From positions 311,798,001 to 311,862,000 of the forward strand of contig OZ024740.1 in assembly GCA_964016885.1 (NCBI GenBank): a DNA stretch of 64,000 nucleotides. Reading direction: 5' to 3'. Shown one piece after another: positions 16,421 through 27,616 of the stretch. The number at the start of each line of letters is the position of its first letter. The stretch's first letter is position 1. The notes under the pieces are model-generated. The model was given only the letters and a program-made list of their open reading frames with translations. It had not been told where the DNA came from and made no database searches. The position numbers and the translations under genes were made by a program. This DNA comes from Eledone cirrhosa (lineage: Eukaryota).

Positions 16421-16989
16421 ATAGAGAGAGCAAACATCACGGGCGCTCTATCTCAAAATTATTTTTGAAAGCATTAGAAATGCGCAACCGGTAAAATCTT
16501 AAAACTAAAACTGAATACTAACCAATATTTATTACTAATTTTTACTTTTTCCTAATTAAACTATTTTTCACTGGGAAAAATTTGCCACCATTTTCTTTTC
16601 CTTTTACTAATATATATATATATATATATTATATATATAAGCAAGAAAGTAAGTGTTGGTAAAATCCAGTACTTTAGTATGCGGATAGGGACCACTCAAC
16701 GAAGATATAAGTTCCGGAGTTATAATAGTGACGAAACATAAGTCAATTGCATGACATATTGAGAAGGACCCTGGATGCAGTTGGCTTCCCATCACAACTG
16801 GAGTCAGCAGGCTTCGACTGCGGAGACGGCAAGGCTCAAAATTACTTTCGAGCATAATTTTCGAAAAGCTAATTTCTTAAATGTAACACTCAACTTAAAC
16901 ACAGGATTAATAGAACTTTTCCATAAAAATAATGAAAACCTAGCATACATCAATTATCAATCAAACCACCCACGTCTCATAATCAATAT

Positions 16990-17340
16990 GTCGTTGAGAG
17001 CGGCATGTCGGTGGGTGCAGGCCACATTTGTCAATGACAGCCCGACAACGGCATTTGTGTGACTCACACACGCGGAGACTGGGGCGTTGAGCCAGACTCG
17101 ATCCGCCTGAAGGAAGACCTGCACTTAATGTCCAAGTTACGTTGAACATGTGTATACTGGGGGACAGAGAGGCCTTGGCCTGTCCAGTCGGCCATAGCCT
17201 TGACCAAGTTCTGGGGCCACATCAGGTTCGGCCGTCCTGTTGAGGACCTCGCTGACGAGGGTGCGACTGGAGGAAATTGAAGAGAGGTAGGCAGTGCCAG
17301 ATCCGAAGCGGATCTGAGGCCGAGGACACCGAACCTCTGC
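16990..17340 (-). mobile_element. CRE-clade (RLE) LINE fragment, abutting a PLE RT fragment at ~16830-16990 (+)
   Basis: RFGVLGLRSASDLALP and HKCRCRAVIDKCGLHPPTCR. The PLE piece reads NFLNVTLNLNTG...YINYQSNHP. Confidence 0.7.
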
Positions 17341-17474
17341 AATTCTTTTTAATAACTCTTCATTAAAATTGTTACAATAACTTAACTTGATATAATCCGC
17401 CGTAGAATTTAACGTCACCACTTGGGTGCTGTAACACAGTTGACTTTGTTGCAAGATTTCAGTCCAGGTTTTCG

Positions 17475-17565
<91 letters not shown>

Positions 17566-18222
17566 TGAGTGTATACGTGTGCGTGCGTATATGTATGTTT
17601 TTACTTATATTTCTCTGTGCTTTTGACTTTCTAGCTATTATTTTCCCCAATGGAATTACTGTCTTTGAAATTCATTTGTGTTAAGCATTTGGGATCTAAC
17701 GGTCAATTGTTCTAGAGAAATACAAACTCTAACCACTTAAATGTCTATTTTCTATTGATTATAAATTAATACTCAATCGATGAAGACGAGATGAGTTGTT
17801 CAATATTGTATTTCACGGTTGTTTCCAGTTATATCTAATAGATTCAGATGATGCAATTAATTTTTGTTGTTGTTTTTATGATTTCAGTTTTGTAGTTGAG
17901 TTGGGGTGGTATATGGAAGATAGTTCATTTCTCAGTTAATAGTGCTATAGCTACGCCCAGTCTTTAGCTAATTCATTAATTCAATCTAACTAAAGATTGA
18001 TGATTAGCTTATTCGTTCGGGTTAATTAATTCTGTTCGCACTGTAGCAGACTTTAACACGTTTCTTCAAATCCGATTTACTTTATTCAATTTAGGCACTA
18101 CCAAATTAATGAGAAATTCTGCACTAAGAACCACTGTTAAGTTGGATCACTGCATCTCATATACAAACACACACACACGTGTATGTGTGTGTGTGCACAT
18201 AGATGTATATGTATATAATTAT

Positions 18223-18260
<38 letters not shown>

Positions 18261-18766
18261 GGTAGCGCATAGGTGTTTAACATCAATAGAGTTATGTAAG
18301 ATTGCGATTAAAGTATTGTCTGATAAAGAAGTAAATACGAAGTGCATGTAAATACATACATACATACATGCATATATACATACATACATGCATCATACAT
18401 ACACACACACATATATTGTAGATTTTGGGGAAGATCATGTTACAAATAACAACAAACTACCGATTAAGTTCCATATCAGTTTTATCATAAGGCAGGTAAC
18501 TAATTCATTCCTCGGATGAGTGGTTATTTAATTGTCATATTTAATTGGCAATCTTTCATCACACATTCTAGGACATTCTCAATGATTATTCTTGCTCATA
18601 TGTCTCCTCTTTGTTCTGATCGTATTCTATTTACTTCCTCTAGTCTTATATATAATAGGGTTATATATGGAATCATATATTGTATAGTAGCCTCGCTATC
18701 GAGAACAAATATTTTTACGTAACGAAAAAATTATTCCCCCCTATATTGTGAACACACCACAAATAT

Positions 18767-18851
18767 TGTCAGTATCAGTCGAGAATGCCAGAGTGGTGTT
18801 TCAAGATTCGTTAATTTTTCATCAGTGTTAGTCATTCAACTGGTACTGACA
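18767..18851 (-). ncRNA. Candidate type I hammerhead with long, internally looped stem I
   Basis: Minus strand: TGTCAGTACCAGTTGAATG..CA-CTGATGA-AAAATT(AACG)AATCTT-GAAA-CACCAC-TC^TGGCATTCTCGACTGATACTGACA. Stem III does not pair. Confidence 0.5.
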
Positions 18852-18883
18852 TAGAAATAGACTATACAATACGGCATATACTT

Positions 18884-19003
<120 letters not shown>

Positions 19004-19054
19004 TAATAAAAACAATGAATAAAAACAAAGAACAAGTTCCTTATATTAAAAAAT

Positions 19055-19189
19055 TCATCATTTTACGATCGTTTCTAGGATATATATGTGTGTTGGTATG
19101 TATATCATATAGATCTATGTAAAAAATTACAAACTTTCAGAGGAAATTTATATACCTTCACATATATATGCTGTCTTCAGAAATAATGA
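19055..19189 (-). ncRNA. Hammerhead ribozyme with 98-nt stem II domain
   Basis: Minus strand: TCATTATTT-CTGAAGA-CAGCATATATATGTG...CACATATATATCCTA-GAAA-CGATCG-TA^AAATGATGA. Confidence 0.72.
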
Positions 19190-19634
19190 GATTTGTTTAT
19201 TAAAAAAACCAACAAAGATTTAATATAATAGGTCTGTTTGGGAACAGGTTTTGAATTGACCAATAGAAAAGTAGTAAGAGGTCAAGTTGATAGAATAATA
19301 GTAGTAGTAGAAATTTAATTTAGGGGTAGAGGGGTACAGACTTATGTTTTAAATGGAAAGAATACTTTGAATGAAAAGAATACTTTGGGGATGAAAAGAG
19401 GTCAAGCCGGTGAAGGGTACACGAACATTTGATGTTATTAAAAAATAGTGTTAAAAACGAAGGAAAGTAACATTTTAGGGTAAGTGAGAAATACCAATCT
19501 TATTTAAACCACAAGGAATCTAGATCTATAACAAGAAATTAAATTAATTGATAGGTATACTTATAGGGATAAATTTATATTACTTCATATGGATGTGATA
19601 AATAAGAATTATATTACATTTTTATAAAACCATA

Positions 19635-19699
19635 TGTATTCTATTATATATATTTCCAGGGTACCAAAACTTTGGTACGCCCTCATCAGATAAAATACA
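19635..19699 (-). ncRNA. Minimal type I hammerhead ribozyme
   Basis: Minus strand: TGTATTTTAT-CTGATGA-GGGCGTACCAAA-GT-TTTGGTACCCTG-GAAA-TATATA-TA^ATAGAATACA. Confidence 0.8.
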
Positions 19700-22600
19700 A
19701 AGATTAATCAACCCTGCTAAGACTGAAATCGGTCTTGCTTGCAAAAAAATATTAAATAATATAAACAAACATATTAGAAGTAAGTCTGAATTACTCCAAT
19801 GGATAAATAGCTCTTCCGTAGTACATTGGTTTAATCATATTAAAGATAAAAATAGTTCTAGATTCACCCAATTTGACATTGTAGACTTCTACCCGTCTAT
19901 TACTCACCCTCTTTTAACGAAAGCCTTAAATTTCGCTAGAAAGTTTATCAATATTTCTGATATTGAAGAGAATGTCATTTTGCATGCTAGAAACACTTTA
20001 CTATTTATTAATAATGACACTTCCTCGACGGTGATCAGGTGTGGTCGCCGTTTGCTAGACACGTATTTCCCCAGCTCGTTTCCTTGACGGAGCTGCAGTC
20101 CTGGGTCAAGCGAAGACCGAGAGGGAGCGCCTGGAGACTGGAATGTCTTCAGGCGCTCACAGCCCTCGACCAATCGGGCAATGTGATCGGTGGAAACTCC
20201 ACCTTGGCGTTCTATAGAGGATTAGTGGAGGGGAAGAGCGACGACGTACTTGGGGAAACTCTAGGCGTCGACGAAAATCAACTAGCCAATCTCTTCGGAA
20301 GAACTTTCGGGCCGGGGCCTATGGACGACTTCCAGAAATCTCTGGCCTGGCAGTGCTACCGTGGAGCTTTGCCAGTTCGGGATAAACTCTACAGGCATGG
20401 AGGTGCCGTCAACCGGGCATGTCCGAGATGCGCGCAGGGCCACGAAACCGTCCTGCACGCACTCGTCCAGTGTCCGAAAATTGATGACTTGTGGGTTTAT
20501 GTCGAACACCTGCTGTCGCGTGTAGGACGGATCCGGCTATCATCTGAGTACATCGTGAGGATTGCCCCGCCCTCCTCCTTTAGCCGGGAAGAGCAGGCAG
20601 TTTTTATCTGTATGGTGGCCATGGCGAAACAGATAGTATGGTGGACACGCTTGAAAGGGCTGAAGACGAGCACTTACCTCTTCGGTGATGCCCTGATTGA
20701 CCTTTTCAAATTTCATTTGAAAAGGAAAATCAGAGTAGAGAGGGAAGTGCTCTCTTCCCAGCATTTTGTTGAAAGATGGGTGAGAGAAGCAAGAATGGCC
20801 CGAGTGAATGGGCCTACTCTGAGTATATATCTGTAAATTAAAGGTGGAAAACTGGGAGAGGGCACTTGCCTTGGTGGTCAGGGTCACTGTGGCCTTTTAC
20901 TGGGCTTTCTCCACAAACGTCCCTCCGAAGTCACCCCCCTATCGGGGAATTTTTCATTGTTATTTTTTGTTACATCCTCTGTTTTTGTTTTTTACACGCA
21001 GAAATGCCCATTTGTACCGTCTTGTATTGTCCTGCACTGTCCTTAATGTCTACTTTATGTAAACCCTTGTGGTTAATAAAGAAATCATTAATAATGACAC
21101 TTGGGTAAAAAAATCTAACCCAGAGAACCCATTCGATGTCTCAATGGGTTCTTTTGACAGTGCTGACGTGTGTGATTTAGTCGGCCTATTCCTCCTACAC
21201 ACACTTAAAGAGAAATTCCCTAACCATACCTTTGGGCTTTATCGCGACGATGGTCTAATACTTTCCCATACCACTATAGGCCATAACTTAGATAGATTCA
21301 GGAAAGACTTAATAAAAACCTTCGCTAGTTTTAATCTTAAAATTACTATTGACACTAACCTTTCCAATGTTAATTTTCTAGATATAAACCTAGATCTGCC
21401 TACTGCTTCTTATAAACCGTACCATAAACCTAATGAATATTTAAAATATATAAATAAAGGCTCTTGCCATCCTCCTATAGTTTTTTAAAATCTTATCCCT
21501 AATATTAGCCTTGGTATCTCCACCCTCTCTTCCTCAGAAGCTATTTTAAATAAGTCATCCCCCTACTATAATAAAGCCCTTCAAAATAGCGGATTTAGCG
21601 AACCGATTAAGTACATACCCAACAATACTAACTCCTTTAAACATAATAATAGGAAAAGGAAAATAATCTGGTTCACCCCCCCCCCCTACTCTTTAGCAGT
21701 TAAAACTAATGTAGGAAAAAAATTCCTAGAGCTCTTAGATAAACATTTCCCTGGAACACATAGATACTATAAGATCGTCAAAATCAGCTACTACAGCGGT
21801 CCCCCTATTAAATCTTATATCCTCAATAAGAAAATACCCAGAGAACATCAAAATACCACCTGTAGAGTCAAAAGTGAATGCCCATTACAAGGTAAATGCA
21901 ACACCAAAGCCATTGTATATGCGGCTAAAGTGACAACCACCAGCAACAACCTACCAGCCACCAGCGAACGATATGTGGGTATGACGCAAGACAAATTCAA
22001 AACGCGTTATTACTCACATGTCGCATCTTTCCGACATCCTGAAAAAAGATTTACAACAGCTCTGGCTAGCAGAATATGGGATTTGAAAGACCAAGGTATC
22101 CAATATAAATTTTGAACCAATCTAAAGAATATGCAAGAGGAACAAGAAGATGCGCACTCTGCATAAGCGAAAAATATTGGATTTTACAAGACCTTAAATC
22201 ACCAAAAACCTGCCTAAATGCAAAACAGAAATTTTCACCAGTTGCCCACACATGAAATCACACTTGCTTTCCAGCTCATATAAACTTAGCTCACTTTCAG
22301 ATACTTATCCTCCATAAACTCTTGTTCTTCACTTTCCTTAAATTACCCTCTTTACAGACTTCTCTTTCTGATTTACTTTTATTTTTATTTTTAACTTTAT
22401 TTTTACTTCACATCCACCAGTGAACCCCCCCCCCCCCCTCTTGCTTTTTGATTCACTTACTTTATATCGTCACAATTTTACATATTTTACTTCCCCATTT
22501 TCTTTCACTACCTGATATCACATGTCACTTGCGTTTTCAACTTCAGATATATTCTGTTGTCTCTCAGCCGCTTTTATGTATGTTAACTTGCGTATAATTT
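19700..22600 (+). mobile_element. 5'-truncated PLE (Naiad-type RT + GIY-YIG) interrupted by a Tx1 insertion
   Basis: RLINPAKTEIG, FTQFDIVDFYPSIT, FDVSMGSFDSADVCDLVGLFLL, GLYRDDGL, ECPLQGKC, RYVGMTQDKFKTRYYSH, CALCISEK. Confidence 0.9.
20023..21086 (+). mobile_element. 5'-truncated Tx1-clade LINE copy with 16-bp TSD
   Basis: Closely matches 30220-31282. ATTAATAATGACACTT occurs at 20007-20022 and 21087-21102. Confidence 0.93.
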
Positions 22601-22790
22601 GTACTCATTTATTCATACGGCTGGTTTTTATATTGTATCTATGCGTGTGAGCGTGCACGTGTGTGTATGCGTGTTTGTATATGTATACGAATGCATTCGT
22701 ATGTGCGCGTGTGTGTGTATATGTGTGTGCGTATGTGTGTTTTTATATCTATGTTTTTTACATACTTACATATATGTGTGTGTGTATATG

Positions 22791-22871
<81 letters not shown>

Positions 22872-23612
22872 ATGTATGTGTGTATATATATATATATAGT
22901 CGCGTGCGTGCGTGTGATTAGATGTACATGTACGTATATATATATGTGCTTCGTGTGTATGTATGCGCGCCTTTGTATATATGTACGCATGTATGTGCTT
23001 TTGTCTGTACGTATTTATATATATATTTATATATATATATATGTATCACTTCCTTCCATCCTCTATTTTCTTCATCATCTGCTTTTCCCCTTTCGCCCAT
23101 CCGATGCAGCCCATCGGGCCTCTGTAGCATCAGTTCCCCCACCCCTGTAATTTTAAGATAGAATTGGCTGAATACGTTTCACTAACTACTTATAGCAGAT
23201 GTGTTAAACCCCTTTAATTTTGTATCAGTTTTGTTACTACTCAATTTCTACAATTTCTTTCTATTCTCAACTTATTAACCTGTAATTGTAAGATAGCAAT
23301 CTGATTTTTTTTATTCATTTCTCACTATCTAATTTTAAATATTTTTTTTTTCTTTCTATTATCTATTATTGTCTTCTACTCTCATTCGATTTACCTATTC
23401 TATAACCTCCCTCCTCCACTTCATACACTATCCTTAGAATCTGCTGTATACATACACTTTCAACGCTTGACCGCTCCACTCACTCCCCTATTGTTCTATA
23501 GGCAAGTTCAGCCACCCCTACCTCCCACCAAATGCCATGATAGACTTATTTGTGTTTACAACAAATTTTAACCAATCCTCTTGACAACTACAATCTTCCC
23601 ATATAAGGAAGT

Positions 23613-23710
23613 ACCCCCTTGACAAGTTCGGCTATTTATTCACCAGGCTAAAAATTCTAATTTAGTCCAGAAATAGCCGTCGAAACGGATTGAGCTCTGC
23701 CGTCGGGGGT
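23613..23710 (+). ncRNA. Type I hammerhead ribozyme, U3-A8 core variant with a closed stem III
   Basis: ACCCCC-TTGACAA-GTTCGGCTATTT...AAATAGCCGTC-GAAA-CGG(11 nt)CCG-TC^GGGGGT. Confidence 0.75.
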
Positions 23711-23740
23711 CATACTTTTTCCTATATATATACTGTATAT

Positions 23741-23838
<98 letters not shown>

Positions 23839-23967
23839 GGACAGACTCGTTGTATTATACACAAGAAACAATTGTAAATGATTAAACAGTTTCAATGAAA
23901 ATTGGTTGATTTTCCTTAAAATACTTTTGTGTGTGTGTGTATGTGTGTGTGTGTATGTGTGTGCGTG

Positions 23968-24031
<64 letters not shown>

Positions 24032-24699
24032 CGTGCGTGTGTGCGCGCGTGTGTGTGTGTGTGTGTGTACAAACACACATGATGTAATATTATGGTTGAT
24101 AACGGGCTCATTCTAGCAGAATATTCCCAGTCGCCACGCATTACAATTAAGTGACAAATTATCAAACGTTTAATACTCCAGAGGACTGAGTTTATATATT
24201 CATTTATTTAATGAATATCATTTAGATATCTAAATGAAGTACAGCTAGAGAAACTACTCTGCTTATAATTCTATTAATTGAACTATCCATCGGTTTAATG
24301 GAGTAATTGACCACAAATTAATTAATTATTGCTTGAAAATAGACAGAATTTAATTGCATCGATTTAGTGATTGAAATACTTTTACAATTAACGCAAGTAT
24401 GTAATCAATCGAAAATGTATAACTAGTGACAAATTATGAGATTTTTTTTCTGTATTGCCTGGAGTAAGGTATTGTTACAAACGGAAGTAAAACTAAATTA
24501 TAACGTTTATATTTTACTTATCTACACATAATTGACTTACATTACATCCAGTCATGCTTGTCTTTCTAATTATATATATATATATATATGTAGGAGGTAA
24601 GTTTTATTGTAGTACAATAAAGCAATGCAGATATCGGATAAGAAGCACTCTACAATTTGTAGGACTGGAGTATACATAATATATAAGATCAAAAGATGG

Positions 24700-25145
24700 T
24701 TAAAAGAGTTCCATGTATTTTATTATGCGCATTTCAAGAGTTAACAAAAATTATAAAAAATCTTAAATTCAAGAGATACCCTTACAAAGGACAAGAGCAC
24801 CTTGTAAATCTCAAGAACACAATTTCAAACCTAAATTCCCCCAAAAATGTTTTAGTCCACTCTGACAAAACCAATAATTTATATGGTATTTCCAAGGATA
24901 ACTATAACAACCTTATCCTAAAGGAACTTAGGAAAAAATATCGAAAAACCAACCATGATAATTTAGAATCCATAAACTTTGAAGCTTCTGAGATTATGTC
25001 AAAACTTGGCATCGGAAAAAAGACCGAACCATTCCTCCCAAGAACTCCGAGGATAAATCTCAAGGATCACAAAAACAATTTTCGTACTGAACTACCTATT
25101 AGATTAATCGCCCCCTCTAAATCAGATCTGGGGGTTGTTAGCAAA
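24700..25145 (+). mobile_element. PLE N-terminal/RT fragment
   Basis: VLVHSDKTNNLY..INLKDHKNNF..IRLIAPSKSDLGVVSK, cut at an (ATT)n tract. Confidence 0.85.
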
Positions 25146-25161
25146 TATTATTATTATTATT

Positions 25162-25402
25162 ATAGTTGCATTTATCTTGCTTTATGTTCATACGAGTTAT
25201 CACCAAGTCACAACCAGTGACCTCAAGAGACAACAAGCTCCGCCATGTTCAAGAAAGAACATACATACACACACATGCATCTTTAGGTGTTTAGACTTGT
25301 GATGTACTTATATTGACAGAATCTTCCTTAGTATATGGACAGTTCCCATTAGTACTATCTTTTGTTGTGGTTAATAAAGAAAGCATTATTATTATTATTA
25401 TT
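25162..25402 (+). mobile_element. Short element sharing only the Tx1 3' terminus
   Basis: Ends TGTGGTTAATAAAGAAAGC(ATT)n exactly like the Tx1 at 31264-31296, but its upstream ~200 bp differ. It is flanked by (ATT)n. Confidence 0.6.
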
Positions 25403-25617
25403 GGCGACCTACGTAGTAAATCGTATCATCGTGAGCTCCGCAAAGGTTTGTTATTTTCAGTTCTTTAAAATTGCCATTCAGGGAAAATTTTTATTGTTAA
25501 CTGTATATAAGTGCACATACATTGATTTCTGAAAAGGACACTCAAAAATATTGGGGCCTTGAGCCCAAAATTTAAGCTTTTTATAATTATCAAACAAAAA
25601 TCTTTCTTTGAAAAATA

Positions 25618-27582
25618 ATGGATGACTCAGAGTCACTCCTTCCTCACAATCCAACACCTCACACCGACACCACCATTGTAAATATTGCTACGTTTGCCAA
25701 CACTGAAATTGTAAGCAGTAGCAATATTTTAAATTTGTCTCAGGCAGACGTTCATTTCCCGCCATTACCAATGACTACAGGTTTAAAGCCGCCACCACCA
25801 CCACCACCACCACCGCGACAACCACCACCCCCACCACCACCACAGCGACAACAGAAACAAAAGAAAATAATAAATTAACTCGTGATATCGAAATGAATTC
25901 AACCAAAATGAACTCTTCCACACCGAACACCACTGACTCCACCACCACCACAACTGAAACTAAAATTAACAATAGCAAAAATAACGATAACAACAACAGC
26001 AACAATTAAATTAAGAAAACTACCCTGAGTTTTGCCAGAGTAGCAAAAACGTGCGAAGCGATCCAGGTAACTCAGGAGGAATTAGAAGAAGCCAAAGGAA
26101 TGGTAAAGAAAGATGGGTACAGGGTCAGCCCCCCCCACACACACACACACCTAATAAAATGGAGCAACGTCGCCTATGAACCGTGTCTTATCGGACAATT
26201 AACATAAAATCGCGCCGAGTGGAACGGGCATCCGAGTTCCAAATCCAAAAAGCTTTAGGACATGTGTGGGGGAAAAAACCCACATCAGACGTGGGCACAA
26301 GTATGGAACCGTGGACGTGTTCTTTGAAACACCACAGGAGGCCAGAGAACACTCCGTGGCCCCATTAAGAAGTGACGACTTCACACTCATCCCAAACTAT
26401 TGTGGCCAGAGACTTGTGAAGATCAGGGTGACCCACGTTCCACCGGCCATCGAAGTTCCCTGGCTAATGGCTGCCGTCTTCGCCAACATCGAGGCCAACA
26501 CCAAAATAATAGAAATAGCAAAAGAAAACAGGAGAACTGGTCAGGATCTGGGATGGAGCTCCTGATCCAAACGGACCATAAAAGCATTGAAGAGATCCCA
26601 GAGGTAATAGACCTCACTGACGACAGCCACCTCACCGTAATCGTCGAGGGCAGAAGACCTAGGTGTGTCGTTTGTGGTGAAGGAACCCACCTAAGGGCTT
26701 TCTGCCCTCAGGCTAAAAGGTTGAGGCCACCTCGCTTACGCACCCCAGTGACTCAACCATCAACACCACCAGCAGCAGAAATGGCAGCAACAACTGTAGC
26801 AGCAACAACAGAAATAATTGTAACAGCAACAACCCCAGCAACAGTGGTAAAACCAACACCACCACCACCCAACGCCCCAGAACTAGCACCAGAGCCTACA
26901 CCATCCACCACGCCACAACCCAAACCAACGCCTGTGGAGGATTTTCCACTCCCCGGCTTATCGCAGCTGGAGACAGATTGTGACGACGAGGAGTGGGAAA
27001 CGGTATCAGGAAAAAAGAAAAAAAGAAACCAAAAAAGAAAAAAATTCTCTTCCCTCCCTCTCCAAAAGCAAAATACAGGGGGAAACAAATGAATTATCAA
27101 ACAAGAAAGTTAAGACAGATATGCCACCATCCACACCAGCATCACCAACCCCATCACCACAAACACCAACACCTTCGCAATCATTAACCCCAACACCACC
27201 ATCACCAACACCACAAAAGTCACCAAAAAGCGTAACAGAAACAAACCCACAACAAACGCAAACAAAACAAAACAACCAAAACGATACACACTACACAGCA
27301 TTAAATTTGAACAACAACCAATTATTACACTACATGCAACACAACACCAGCATCACAGAAAAAGACTACACAACAACCCAAAAGTTCACACCACCTCCAC
27401 ACATACAAATCACTCACATCACACAGAAAACGTACACGACACTAAAACAAAAATCCCCCAAAGACATCGGAGACTTCCGACAAGCACTCTCCAGGAGGAT
27501 TTATAAGGACATCCTTCTGGAGGAGGCCACAAGCAGTGAAAAGGATGGAGAAACCATCCTTCCTCTACGAGAAGTAAGGTAA
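25618..27582 (+). pseudogene. Tx1 ORF1 (frameshifted; zinc knuckle, Pro/Thr-rich)
   Basis: VIVEGRRPRCVVCGEGTHLRAFCP and EWETVSGKKKKR, spread over several frames. Confidence 0.75.
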
Positions 27583-27616
27583 GTGGTCTTTCCCATCTTT
27601 TCTACTCCATTTCAAC

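Noticed and set aside
16725-16752. GACGAAACATAAGTC resembling an HHR 3' half
   Set aside because: No CUGANGA partner upstream.
23085-23140. Minus-strand CTGATGC...GGGCGAAA hairpin
   Set aside because: Core mismatch and no stem III/UH/stem I closure.
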